The notes beneath the pieces are model-generated. The model searched no databases. It was not told where the DNA came from and saw only the letters and a list, made by a program, of their open reading frames with translations. A DNA stretch of 63,377 bases, counting the filler, from Lenisia limosa (Eukaryota; Protista; Breviatea): the NCBI GenBank assembly GCA_001655205.1. It is 10 parts of 10 records of this genome, joined end to end, with 100 filler letters (N's around TTAATTAATTAA, not from the genome) between each part and the next. Parts side by side here need not be neighbours in the genome. Positions count along the whole stretch, not along the records: positions 47,329 to 51,383 come from LPNZ01009660.1; positions 51,484 to 54,145 come from LPNZ01008750.1; positions 54,246 to 55,647 come from LPNZ01001876.1; positions 55,748 to 58,326 come from LPNZ01003274.1; positions 58,427 to 62,043 come from LPNZ01006042.1; 5 more parts are not named here. The stretch is one strand, 5' to 3'. The position numbers and the translations under genes are program-made. Of this stretch, positions 47,612-60,599 are shown in pieces. The stretch's first letter is position 1. Every line of letters begins with the position of its first letter.

Positions 47612-50600
47612 ACAACATCCCACCAGGTCCCCATTTCTATAACCCACCCCTCTTTACGCCAATATTCTTCCACCCNNNNNNNNNNNNNNNNNNNNNNNNN
47701 NNNNNNNNNNNNNNNNNNNNNNNNNNNNNNNNNNNNNNNNNNNNNNNNNNNNNNNNNNNNNNNNNNNNNNNNNNNNNNNNNNNNNNGACCATTTCAGACG
47801 ATGGAAAGTACTTTGCGGCGAAGAGCGGGAACTCTGTTGGGGGGAGGGGATGGTCTGGGAATTACTTGTCACCGAGATGGTAATTTCCTGTTCTCTTTCA
47901 TCCCTTCAGATTATTGTGTATGACTCCATGACTGGAAGCCCTGCTCAAAGCTTCCCTGGTGGGCCTTGGGGAAATGCCCTAACGGGCAACTGCCTTATTT
48001 GGAAAGTTGTTTTCTACTATAGTAACTGTTTCAAATATAGAAGATAATGCCACTGTACGATTTAGTGAATGCTATACTATGTTATTTATTATATATTACT
48101 TTAGGGTTTTTGAAGGGTGTCTACTTTATTTTACTCGATAAAAAAACCGTAATGTTGTTCGGGATTTTCAACCATAACCCTGGAGTGATGAGATGCAGTG
48201 CTGCAGAAGCGACTGGCCCGGGCTTTTTTTTTTGTTTTGTTCTCAACCCGTGTGTGTTGCAAGCCAATAGAGTTGATTTTGAGTTTTTTTGTTGTTACTA
48301 CCCAAGCATAACTCCTCCCAGTAACTGAAAAGTTCTGCTTCAGTCCCTCCGACTCATCCACCCTTTACGGCACCAACCAAGCCTCTCGTATGTTTGATGT
48401 GGGGGTAGTATGGATTGTGAGTTTAGGAGGGAGGACAGGCATTTCCCAATTTTTTATTTTTCCATTGTATGGAAGGAAAGTGGTGTCTCCGCTCAATGGG
48501 GGTGCCAACTGAAGTTAATTTGATTCATTTTTGGACTGGCAAATCATGTCTAGGAACCAACTCAAGAAAGAAAAATAACTTGGTGTGAATTATTAAAATA
48601 TGAAGCTATTCACTCACAATCACGCATTCACATTCACATAGTACATTCACATAGTGCATTAACAGGCATTTACATTTACTTTACAACCAGTTCTTTAAAA
48701 TCATGTCTTATTTGCTGACTCACTTGTACTGAATCTCTTCAGCCAACCCTCTTGAGGTGATGGACGTCTCCACCGGCAATGTATCCCAGGTGCCTGGGGG
48801 TGAGGAGTACTATTGTCAAGGTTGATTAGGTATCAGAAAACTAAACACACATACCGTTAGAACTGTTCTTTTGTTTTATTGCCCCCCATCTTGTCACCAG
48901 TCAGATTCCTGATATTGCTCATCACGGGGGCTCCAACACCCTCCGGTTCCACCATCCTGAGCTGGCCATTTTCCGTATGATGGGGGGGGGGGGGNNNNNN
49001 NNNNNNNNNNNNNNNNNNNNNNNNNNNNNNNNNNNNNNNNNNNNNNNNNNNNNNNNNNNNNNNNNNNNNNNNNNNNNNNNNNNNNNNNNNNNNNNNNNNN
49101 NNNNNNNNNCAATATCGCTGTCACTCTTTCAAATAGAGAGGGCTTTTTGGGCTGAGTGGATTATCAATACTTATGCGGTCTCTGTGAAGAACAACTTGTC
49201 GTGTTCTACATAGGCTGAATTCACGATATATATTACTACAACTAGGGCTCACTTCGGTTCGAAAAAAAACTGAATTTTTTGAAAATTCCTCGAAAACTAT
49301 CGATATTTTACCGGTTTTTTCTGAACCGAAGTGAAGCCCTAACTACAACACTTCCCGTTACACTGGTCTGACCCGCATCAACTCACGAATATCTCTTATT
49401 CAAGTGCTTGATTGCATTTGGTATAGTTTTGCCTCTTTTGTTGCGTTCTACCTTTATTTTTCAACCAACTTCAATCATCTATCTGACAGCTCTGTTCACA
49501 CAATGCCTGCGTTTTTCTTGAAAAGAGTCGTAGAATGTCCATACATAAACTCTATTTGTCTGTGAGTGTTCACTTTGAGTACAGTTTAACCGCAGGTTCT
49601 TTATGATCCAAATTTTAATAGAGACTTTGCTGCAAAAAAAACTATGAACTATTGATGATCTTGAAACCCGTTACACCGTCCTTACCCGCACAGCTGATGA
49701 CTACGGTCACCTAATCTACCGCTTCAAAGACGGCGTGTTCACACCCAATGGCGTCATTATCGACTCGGGTTGTGTTCCTGGGGAGGTCAAGAAGTCGCTG
49801 AAGGTTGGAGGGGGGATGCTTGAAGGTCTTTAGGGATTATTAGAATTTGTGTTACTAAGAGGGCAGTAATTGTTGAAATGTGGGGGAATAATTGCACTGT
49901 GCTGAGCTATCATGAGAAAGAGGCCTAGAAATTGATGGGGGTTTGTGTGACGCAGGTGGCCACTGTACATGTACATCTGCACGGCTACTGTACATCTACA
50001 CGGCCACTATACATCTTTACGGCCACTGACCTCTACACGGCCACTGTACATCTATACGGCCTCTGTACATCTTCTCGGCCTTGTTCCTCTACACGGCCAC
50101 TATATATCTATAAGGCCACTGTACATCTATACGGCACTGTACATCTACACGGCCACTATATATCTATACAGCCACTGCACATCTACGGCTACTGTACATC
50201 TTCACGGCCACGACATCTTCAGGGCCACTGTACCTCTACACGGCCACGGTATATCGACACGGCCACTGTACATAAAATATGATCCATATTAGTCAACCCT
50301 TAGCAGGGTCTCTACCATATCAACCTTAACAATGCCACTCTATGCTAAGAAAGCTGACTATTGTAGTCTGGTGAAACCGTCACCCTCGCTTCCTCCTCTG
50401 ATTGCGGGGACTTCCAGTACTACCCTTGCACGCAAGATTTGGAGTTCTTCAACAGGGTCAAGCGCAAGGATGTTCACATGCGCTGCTATCCCTCACATTT
50501 GGTAGGATTGTATATATCTTCACATTTGGTAATACAATTATTGACCCTTTAATTTGGTACATATTTTATTGCACCTTTCTTTTGGTACGGATTATTGACT

Positions 50601-50911
50601 TAATTTTGTACCGATTTTATTGTTCCGTTCATTTGCCTGTACAGAACCTCTGCTCCCCCCCCCCCTCAGTACATATCACTCTATTTTTTTTCATAAATTT
50701 CCAATTTACCCCCAGCACACGTGCTCCTCANNNNNNNNNNNNNNNNNNNGTTCTTCGCTATCATCCAAATGTTCTCAACCCTGGTTTTCGAAATTGTAGA
50801 ATGTGACGATGGAGAGCTTCATATGCGCCAAGTGGGGGGGGGGGATCACGCCGCTACAATTAGCTTCAGGGCTTTTCTCCAATGGATTACTAAGTTTAAA
50901 GATAACTATTA
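47612..50911 (+). CDS. Probable beta-propeller (WD40-like) protein, multi-exon; extent uncertain
   Basis: Exons TISDDGKYFAAKSGNS-IIVYDSMTGSPAQSFP, FCFSPSDSSTLYG, PLEVMDVSTG resemble WD40 strands. Assigning the 49690-50911 exons to the same gene is tentative. Confidence 0.4.
49243..49341. mobile_element. hAT-type MITE family A copy with perfect 8-bp TSD
   Basis: actacaac (49235-49242) + tagggctcacttcggttcg..gaaccgaagtgaagcccta + actacaac (49342-49349). Confidence 0.93.
49958..50273. repeat. 19-bp minisatellite, about 16 degenerate copies
   Basis: Consensus acggccactgtacatctac; no spacers. Confidence 0.92.
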
Positions 50912-51147
50912 CTTGCGCACAAGAAGAAGGGAATATATATAGAAATATAAATATACTATTTACTGACCAAGAAGAACAGTGATAATACCTTTTCATGCTT
51001 AGGTGAGGGGGGGGGGGGGTCNNNNNNNNNNNNNNNNNNNNNNNTCCCTTCTAGTTACCCTATTTTTTATGAATGGGTTTTTAAAGTCCAACTTGTTGCT
51101 GTAAGGCCAATGGTTGGTGGTTAGTACCAAGATCGTTAAACGCGATG

Positions 51148-51309
51148 TGGATGGCTTAGAAGTGACACTCGCTTTATTTTCCCTTCATATCATACATGTT
51201 CTGGACGGCTTAGAAGTGACACTCGCTTTATTTTCCCTTTATACCATACATGTTCTGGACGGCTTAGAAGTGACACTCGCTTTATTTTCCCTTTATACCA
51301 TACATGTTC
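51148..51309. repeat. 54-bp tandem repeat, 3 copies
   Basis: tggacggcttagaagtgacactcgctttattttccctttataccatacatgttc x3, near identical. Confidence 0.95.
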
Positions 51310-53844
51310 ATATATATGTATGTTAGGCCGCAGAAATCGGGTAAAATATACCCTATTTAGGTAAATTATTTTTTTCACCTTAANNNNNNNNNNNNNNNNN
51401 NNNNNNNNNNNNNNNNNNNNNNNNNNNTTAATTAATTAANNNNNNNNNNNNNNNNNNNNNNNNNNNNNNNNNNNNNNNNNNNNGTAAAAAGCAATGGAAA
51501 AAAAAAAACGGCTGTATCTGGCCGAGGCCGTCCACACCATCACACTTAAAAGAGATGAATGATAGTATATAATTAATGCACCCTTCATTTGCCTTACAAC
51601 TCTGTGAACACAGCTTTCTGTGTGCATTCCCAGTATACCTGCAAGGATTAGATTCATGAATAAGGACAATAGCCCTGTATAATAACCCAGGTAGGCCCTC
51701 TTTAATCCGTCTTATGTCAGAGATTCAGGAGGTGCCAGGGAGTATAATTACAGACATCAAAAACTTTTTAGAATAATATTATCATTATATTGAAACGTCC
51801 AAGGAGAACAGATGATAAGTGGCTCAATAGTAGGACTAGGTCTCAGGTAGAGAGATCCGCTAGTCTATGCATGAAAATGGTATCATATACAATGCAACTG
51901 CGTCAAAACAACACATGGCTTTTGTTGTGCATAACCAATTCCTTTTAATATTTATGACAACAGTTTTCCAAGATCAAAGCAGCAACAACGTAGTTCATAC
52001 CTGTTGTAAGAAATCATCATAACCAGAGGCATTTGAAAGGGGCCCGGATCCAGGGGGCTGTGGCGGGTTCCGCGATGGATATCTGATATAGTTAGTTAGA
52101 AGTGATTCCAAGTGCTGAAGTAATATATATATATTATATAAAAAATGCTTGAAGCAAATGAATGAAGACATTTCTCATTTCGTTAAATCGTTTTCACATG
52201 ACAACAAACACAATCATAAAGAAATAGAGCTCATACGGTATTTCGTCACCTTCGCATTCGGGAAGTGTTGGCATTTCACTGGAGAGTCAGACCAGACCGA
52301 ATATTGCTTTCACTGAATAATGCTCATAACTCCATTTGTGCATTGAGATATAGTAATTTCGTAAATGGGGATCCGAGGTAATAGACTGGATGTTGAAATA
52401 GGACACCGCTATTTTTTACCGTGAATTGATGAATTTTCCCGACAACTCTTGTGAAAAGCAAAATTCACAAGGTCTCTTTTCTCTAAACGTTACCCCAAAA
52501 CGTAAATAGCAGTTCAAAATATGCATATCCCCGTCCACAAAAACCGGNNNNNNNNNNNNNNNNNNNNNNNNNNNNNNNNNNNNNNNNNNNNNNNNNNNNN
52601 NNNNNNNNNNNNNNNNNNNNNNNNNNNNNNNNNNNNNNNNNNNNNNNNNNNNNNNNNNNNNNNNNNNTGAGAATTGAGAAAAAACAGGAAGAAAACAGCT
52701 TTCCCCACAAAAGACCTCTTCGTATATGAATGAGCACTTGGTATCATCATTAAATATTGTCAATAAGCAAAAACGGTCTTGGTCTTCAAAGTTAGACTCA
52801 AACTCAATTTTCAAAAAGAAGACACCCGGAACTTCTCATCTCTCAACCAATCCTTGAATATTCTTAAATTATCAGAGTAGCTGCAAAACTATGTATACTG
52901 TTTTTTTTTAAAAAAATTGGAGTTTTGGCTAAACTTTCGGAGTAGTGTCGCCTTGGATCCCCATCTTGTGATCCATTATTTACCCCCATGGCTTTATTTC
53001 AAGAAAGTAAGAAAGAACACAGGGACTATTGAAAATACAGAAGTTTAGTCACAAGTATTGTTCCCACAAACGCAAGGGCAGTTGGAGGTGCGTAATCACC
53101 ATCACCATCCTCTTCTGCAATGAGCTGATGTGTGTCGTAAGGCTGTGGGCGTTTCATATTGAACACTACGGCGGCAGCAGAGGTCTACAGAGTTAAGAGG
53201 GGGGGGGGNNNNNNNNNNNNNNNNNNNNNNNNNNNNNTAACAAAAAACAATAAACACGAGGTTTTGCACATCAAAACCGAACTTACAAAAGGACACCTGG
53301 GAAAACAATACACCAACGGAAATATCGTATTTGAAGAATATTGGTCCATTTCCCCTCGCACTGATAGTATTACGAAGGCTGTTACTGATACAACGAACAG
53401 TGTGTTACCATAGTCATCACCAGCCAGGGGCGTAATCTTAAGATTAATCGGTGAGTGGAATGTGATAAGTTTTCGTGAAACAATAGATTGAGTTCATAAG
53501 CATTTGGATGAATACACTACTGATCAAGAAAGACACTAAAATGTCATTATTTATCGAAGTTGAACCCAAAAGCAAGAATATTCTATCATGTGTTTTATAC
53601 CATGTCATCTAAGCCTCACATCAGCCATTGTGGGTACTCGACTACCGGCAGCAGCAGCTGAACAAGTCAGTAAGGCAAGATAATAAAAGAAAGCAAGGTA
53701 AGGGGGGAGGGGTAGCAAAGGAAAGGGGGGTAGGAAAGATGGCAAATATAAATAAAAAGAGAGAAACTTTCAATCCTTTTCTTTGATATTCAGCAGCATT
53801 ACAGAGTGAATCTTCATTATAATGACAAATCAAATGCCCTCAAA

Positions 53845-54103
53845 CGGCATGGTTCAGTGTTACACTTCCTGGTTACAACTGGTTTGGGGGAGGGGCAGAA
53901 GTAGTCACTGGATTGATGAATATTTGGACGAGTACGCAACAACAGCATATGATATCTAAATTTTCTCAAAGCAAATGCAGATCCCCCTTCCAACCTGACA
54001 ATATCCTTGAGGGTTTCTCGACACTCCACCGAGCGGCTTTGTGTTCCGCTACCACAAGTGTGACTGCATGCTCCAAACTCACCAATCTCCCACGTGTATG
54101 GAT
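53845..54103 (-). CDS. Thrombospondin type-1 repeat (ADAMTS-type) in a larger multi-exon gene running leftwards
   Basis: Two exons read YTWEIGEFGACSHTCGSGTQSRSVEC..DYFCPSPKPVVTRKCNTEPC, the ADAMTS-style TSR cysteine pattern. Confidence 0.8.
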
Positions 54104-54646
54104 CTGGGAGGGGAGGGGTAAAAGAAAAGATACAAAACAGCAACANNNNNNNNNNNNNNNNNNNNNNNNNNNNNNNNNNNNNNNNNNNNTTAATTAATTA
54201 ANNNNNNNNNNNNNNNNNNNNNNNNNNNNNNNNNNNNNNNNNNNNGGACTCGTCTTGGAACGTCTCCAAAGCCTCCGACCTTGGCACTGCTCTCCAAACT
54301 CAGAAATCATCGCAACCATCACATCACCCACGACCCTCGTCCCTTTCTCCGCTACCCTCAATTCCGAGTCAAAGCAAGAGTCAAGGTTACTGGAGGGGGG
54401 CATATCACAATGATGCTGAAGTGATTGTTTCACGGAACTAATTCTTAATTTTCAAATGAAAATTAAATTGCCAAATTTCCAACATCCACCCGAAGCCTGA
54501 CCCCTCAGACTTGGCACGGCGACCGCCCCCTCTGGTCCGGCCTGATAATGCGGTGGTAGTGGACTCGGTGCCTCCCGAGAACACGTCACGCAATATGCCC
54601 TTACGCGTGGCGCAATCAACAAAACGTAGAGGGGGTCAGCTATTAA

Positions 54647-54686
54647 CATGATATTAACATGATATTAACATGATAGTAACATGATA
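54647..54686. repeat. 11-bp tandem repeat (ttaacatgata), about 4 copies
   Basis: Read directly. Confidence 0.85.
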
Positions 54687-54927
54687 TAGAGTGGACATGA
54701 TTTGGAATAGGGTGATGGATAGACTGTACAAAGGGACAGTAGTACACAAAACGATTAGACTATTGCTATTAAATGTTAAACGATTAGACTATCGATATGT
54801 TACTGGCTACATTGGGAGTATTTTTCCTTCAATCTTGAACTTCACGAATTCCAAACCAATTGTGCCATATATTGTGTCTTTTCTGTGATCAGTCTGAAGC
54901 CCTATACGTCTTACAGTTTCAGGGGAT

Positions 54928-55614
54928 ATGAGTAAGGCCGTCAAGACCCTTGAACGCTTACTGGTGGGGCAGCAGGACGGCCAGTTCTGGCTCCATCATG
55001 AGGACGCTCTCACGTGGAGAAAGGGTAGGGAAATATTATGGCAGTTTTTGTTAATTGTCGCTTTGCAGAAAGTTGGTGATAGTTTTCGAAACCAAGTTTC
55101 CTTCAACCCTTACATTGTTGTTTGAATATTTATAGAGCTGACATAATTTTAAAACGTCTAGGTAATGGCCACACTTCAACACGTTCATTTTGATCACTTG
55201 GCAAATCGTCACGCAACACCTACATATAATCAACTCATCATTCAGGCTCTATGATCGGAAAAGGGTCGTATGGCGAAGTGTTCGTATGCCTCATTGAAAA
55301 CAGTGGTGAAATGATGGCTGTAAAAGAGGTTTGTCGGACTTGAGCTTGCGACAGAGATAATAGTACATTACCTTTGATCCAAACTTATATGCATATCTTG
55401 TTGCTTCAACTTTATACCTATAGATAGCATATGAAGTCAAGGAAGGGATTATCTAACCGAAGCCGTTCATTCCATCACGCCCCTTTTATTAACACTCCAG
55501 CTTCCTCTATCACAAGACGTTCGAAAGGATGTCAAGAAGGTGGGTCGCGAGTTAGCGCTCCTGGCAGACCTGCAGCACCCCGCAGTGGTGGCCTTCAATG
55601 GCTTCGAGGCTAAG
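54928..55614 (+). CDS. STE11/MEKK-like protein kinase, subdomains I-IV (fragment; upstream exons probably start at the scaffold edge)
   Basis: LTWRK-GSMIGKGSYGEVFVCLIENSGEMMAVKE and RELALLADLQHPAVVAFNG. Confidence 0.82.
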
Positions 55615-55899
55615 GTGGGCGGACCGTCCTGTTGCTTTTGAGGTAGTNNNNNNNNNNNNNNNNNNNNNNNNNNNNNNNNNNNNNNNNNNNNTTAATTAAT
55701 TAANNNNNNNNNNNNNNNNNNNNNNNNNNNNNNNNNNNNNNNNNNNNAAAAATCAACTCTGTTCCAGTCTGAGAGAGTTTCGATTCAGAATATTGGCAAA
55801 AATCATCAATAATGGTTCTTTTAGTATCAGACAGATTTGAGCCCCTTCATTTAACAAGCATTAGAAATCCAGGAAACAAATAAATACATAGGGATACCA

Positions 55900-58190
55900 T
55901 AACCCCCCTTACTTCGAAGGGATACGAGCCGAGTTCGGGTGCAGAGAGCACAACCGTGGCTGCTGTGTCTCCTGCAACGAGGGGCAAATACTGCACGTCT
56001 ACGAGGGCTTCCTCCTGGGGGGGGGGGGNNNNNNNNNNNNNNNNNNNNNNNNNNNNNNNNNNNNNNNNNNNNNNNNNNNNNNNNNNNNNNNNNNNNNNNN
56101 NNNNNNNNNNNNNNNNNNNNNNNNNNNNNNNNNNNNNNNNNNNNNNNNNNNNNNNNNNNNNNNNNNNNNGCTGACAACACACAATGAAGAGGGACATTTA
56201 TAGCTTGGGCTTCCCTTAGGTTCCAAAAAGACTGAATTTCTCGATAATTTTTCGATAAATATCGATATTTTACTAGTATTTTCGGACGATCGTAGGGAAG
56301 CTCTACTTATAGCTCAGAAGTGCAAACACTGAAAATGAACTCTAATACACTATGCCCCTTGTGAAAAGCTCTTCGTGCAGCCACATCCCACTACCCCCAG
56401 TACTTTAGCAGGGACTACGACGGTCGGTGCAATCGTGAGAGCCAAACTATCCGAGTCCCCAGGTTTCGGTTTTGAGCTGAGGGGGTGAAAAAACTATGTG
56501 AATATTTATACGAAGTTATGAAACAACGATTTCAGAGGTTTAAATAAAAATTTTGCCTCGAAAAAAACCGAAAAACAAACACCGAAAAACAAACACCGAA
56601 AAACAAACACCGAAAAACAAACACCGAAAAACAATGAAAAACATTGAATATCGCCGCCCCCTACGCCGGGTCAGTTTTCTCCTTCAAGTTGGTGTTCAAC
56701 GCAACTGGTCGGTTCAGCGGATTAAATACTCGAATCTGGGGGAACATTTGTCAAACACACTAATAACAAAAGAGGAGAGTAGTATGTATAATAAATATAT
56801 AATATAGTTATATATACATGTATGTATGTGTATTGTGTATATTTGTATATCATATTTGATGTATGTAATGCATGCACCCCCCTCACATATCCCGAAGTTG
56901 GCTGTCTGACGGCTGTTTCAAGAGACAAAGTACTCAGCGTCGTGGCGGGNNNNNNNNNNNNNNNNNNNNNNNNNNNNNNNNNNNNNNNNNNNNNNNNNNN
57001 NNNNNNNNNNNNNNNNNNNNNNNNNNNNNNNNNNNNNNNNNNNNNNNNNNNNNNNNNNNNNNNNNNNNNNNNNNNNNNNNNNNNNNNNNNNNNNNNNNNN
57101 NNNNNNNGGTTGATAACACCAAAACAAACAAAGCCTAGGCCAGTCGCTTTGCAGCACCGCATCCCATCACTCCAGCATACGCGAAATTGGATGAATAAAA
57201 TAAAAACTCAAACATACCTAAGACTTCACTTCGGTTCGAAAAATACCAGTAAAATATCGATAATTTTCGAAGATTTATCGAGCAATTCAGTCATTTCGAA
57301 CCGAAGTGAAGCCTACATACTCCCCTCCCACCTTGAATGTCAGATGGTGCCAGAGGTACTCGCCAGTGACCTCATCAACAAACACGGCTCGACCCGTGTA
57401 GGTGCCTTCAACAAAGGCTGTAAACGAAACCTGAATGGTCACATAGTTCGACATGTTATGCATGAATTTTATTAGACTGAATCAGTTTTCATTTTATATT
57501 TAGTACCCATGGTGTCGCGACACCAATAAAAACACCGAATTGAATCACCTCACTGCTCCTCACATACAGTGATAAGCCTTGACCTATTTTCCTTGAAAAA
57601 TCACATAGCAAATCGGTCAAGACAGACCCCAATCACTGTACCTCATAACACCACTTTCAATACTCCCACTTCTATCACCCCCTGCCTACCTTGAACGTAC
57701 GGTCGCTCAAGGCTGGGACGTCGACATGGTCTAAGCCGGAGAGGTCAACGGTTTCATCGCCCACGGCGCCGGAAGGCTCCATTTCAAGGCGGGCTGAGAA
57801 CCGGGCCGGGACATTGCGCCAGTTTGAGACAGGGAGACTGAACGTGAAGGCCTGGGGGATTATTTGCTGTAAAACAAAGGATATTTCGATGAAATTGACT
57901 TAAAGGTACTAATCACGAACCGAATAATCTGAAACTCCAAACAAACAAAAAAACAAGCAATAACAAACACGAGCAACCAACGCTAAAACTAGACAAAAGC
58001 TAAAACGAAGGAAATTTCGTTAGATGCGGTCTAATGAGTGTTTTTTTGCAATAATATATAGTATATCGATATGTGAGCACGGGGGCAAACCTGTTTGGCT
58101 GCAGCAGCTTCCGAGATCTTGGAGGCAGGTGTGGGGGGTAGAGCCACGCCAATGAGGGTGTAGAGCAGGCCTCTGCCATCTTATGGGTAA
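55900..58190 (-). CDS. HYDIN: HYDIN axonemal central-pair protein, internal C-terminal-region fragment
   Basis: Exons GRGLLYTLIGVALPP, LPVSNWRNVPARF..LSGLDHVDVPA, FVEGTYTGRAVFVDEVTGEYLWHHLTFK, LSTLSLETAVRQ, IRVFNPL, YLPLVAGDTAATVVLSAPELGSYPFE are collinear with the HYDIN C-terminal Ig-like region. Confidence 0.87.
56205..56305. mobile_element. hAT-type MITE family A copy (diverged) in a HYDIN intron
   Basis: ttgggcttcccttagg..tagggaagctcta; flanks tttatagc/cttatagc (7/8). Confidence 0.8.
56567..56634. repeat. 14-bp tandem repeat (accgaaaaacaaac), about 5 copies, in a HYDIN intron
   Basis: Read directly. Confidence 0.92.
57219..57315. mobile_element. hAT-type MITE family A copy in a HYDIN intron
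   Basis: taagacttcacttcggttcgaa..ttcgaaccgaagtgaagccta; acatac occurs on both flanks. Confidence 0.85.
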
Positions 58191-58671
58191 GACGTTATGT
58201 TATAGTGGCAAAAAACAGGCTAAACATGGGGTTCAAAGGGGACAAAATAAACACCCAAAAGGACTTCTGCCATTCTCTGCTATTAGTCTCCTTTGAGGCC
58301 CTTCTCCTTCAAATTACTCCGCCATANNNNNNNNNNNNNNNNNNNNNNNNNNNNNNNNNNNNNNNNNNNNTTAATTAATTAANNNNNNNNNNNNNNNNNN
58401 NNNNNNNNNNNNNNNNNNNNNNNNNNGAACGCCTTCCTATTCCCTGCAATAAAACGGCAGCTTTATGGCGTTATGAACGCCTTCCTTGTGCAGCTTAATA
58501 TTAACATACATGCAATAGGCACATGTACGTGGACGGCTTCAGCCAGATACTACCTTGTTTTTTTTATTTCTCATTGCTATATAGAGATATATGTTAGATA
58601 ACAATGAATCACACAGGGAGATGATTTGCTGATATCCTCGACACATATGATTTTCTTGTTAGTGACGCAGG

Positions 58672-59145
58672 GTGAAAAAGAAGGGCGAATATGGCAAGCA
58701 GTTAGCCATAGCCACTATGAAATGACGAAATATCTTCTGAGCCAAGGAGCCGATCCAAACCAGCGAGTGGGTCATCTGTCACTAATATCTTAAAATAATA
58801 TGCCTTCTTATGAAATGTATATTTGGTGTGGGTTTGATTATTGAGATAATTAGTAGGAGTCGTAGGCAGACACACTGTTTCTTTCTGGACTGGTAGAACA
58901 CATTAGCAGTGACTTAACTGCTACAAGGGGCAACCTTAGATGACGATGATGACGTTGGTCCCACTGCCGTTTGCATTGCTTGCGGAGATAATGACTTAGA
59001 AATGGTATGTGTAAATTGGTGATGGCGCCTCATTAATATGATTTTTGGAACCGAAAGTGAAGCTCTGTAATGCAAATTAACAGGTCAAACTTCTGCTTGA
59101 AGCCGGTGCAAACATCGAGAGATATTCCTGCTCTGGTTGGACGGT
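58672..59145 (+). CDS. Ankyrin-repeat protein (partial; further exons downstream)
   Basis: IWQAVSHSHYEMTKYLLSQGADPNQR, GPTAVCIACGDNDLEM-VKLLLEAGANIE..GWT. Confidence 0.8.
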
Positions 59146-60599
59146 ATCTGCCTTGTACTTGCGAGGCATGGATAATGGCATGTTTTTGACAATTACATAC
59201 AATGATATCTTCAGTAAGTGCATCCCATTTCGAAGGCATGTAACATTTGACAGATTAAAAACCAGGTTAAGATGCTCATGGTTATGCTGATTTTGTTTAC
59301 AATGTAGTACCTTGAAGATAAACCGCACATCGAGAATTACTCAAAACCCCAGAGAATCCAGCCTCATTGCCGGTGTGTTGGGCAATATATTGATATACTG
59401 ATAGGTTATGATATGCCCTTTTTATACCGACATACAATGTTATCATATAGCTATCATATATCATATCGACATACAATGTTATCATATATCATATCGACAT
59501 ACATGTATTACATATTATTTTTTGTTTTTCTCTGTTTTCATTTGTAAATTGTCGTTTTCTCTCGTTGGGTCGTTTTGACACGTTTGAACTCTCATTTCAG
59601 CCCAGACACACTCTTATTGACTGCCTCTTATCTCAGCTCTTTTATACCAAGGTGGTAGGGGGGCTTTTATAAAACCTGGGGATCCAAATGCTACATTATG
59701 CCAAGGGTGTTTGGATAAGTATCATATGATGATACCAAAGTGTTTTCTTCTATATTACTTCGAAAATCCGCATCATAACCTGTATTCATAAAAAAATAAT
59801 ATTACAATATTATAGTGTGTGCACTCATTTTTAATACCCTATCAGACTCCGTAAGCTGGTGAAGCTCTGGGTAACTTGAGCCCTTTATGTACTCCACTTC
59901 AAACCAAAATTCTACCTTACTGTGAAGGTTGAGATTCCATATTATCATACAATTTAACAGACTACTTAATTATATTATGATATTTCAAAATAAGGGAGGT
60001 AAACAGGGCGGTGGCAATGTTGTGTAAAAGTATTGGAAATCTTTGGTCAGGTACATTTTCTACTCTCTCCAACCAAATAACTTCCAAGGCTCAGGAAGAT
60101 AGGCAGACTGTCAATATCAATTCAGGTGGTGGTTGAGGACCTCAATTGCAAGGTGTAATTCTGATATTGAGTATTGTGTTCCGAGTTTTATTACAATAGT
60201 TCCATTGAGTTATTTTGTTCTGAAGCGACTCTCTGATATTGGTGTTGGTTGACATAATTATCATTATGAGACATTGGGTTTGCATTCGACAGCAATCGGC
60301 ACTGGGGGACCTTGACCTATCATCATTTTTAAACTCTCTCGGATTTATCCGCACACTGGTCTTTCCGGGGGTACGGTACGAGAAGGATCTATCCGTTTCA
60401 GTTTAAACGAAGTTCCAGGAAGATCAAAGCACATATCATATGATATCATATACTATCGGTACCAAAGCTCCCCCCCAAATCAAATGTCTAATAAAATACA
60501 TTTCCACAGAAAATAGAGTTCATACAACTTACTATAGTTACACAACCACAAAAGAGCCACTCGCAAATACACACAATGATGATAAAAGAAACCTTGAAA

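Noticed and set aside
49932-50292. Thr/Tyr/His-rich ORFs
   Set aside because: They are translations of the 19-bp minisatellite.
49958-51309. CRISPR-like arrays (19-bp and 54-bp repeats)
   Set aside because: No unique spacers, no cas genes, eukaryotic context.
35808-57475. Many listed ORFs containing X runs
   Set aside because: They are open only because they cross N gaps.
53845-58190. An adhesion/signalling/cilia gene cluster (TSP1 protein, MAP3K, HYDIN, integrin)
   Set aside because: The genes are on separate scaffolds joined by artificial linkers, so adjacency is meaningless.
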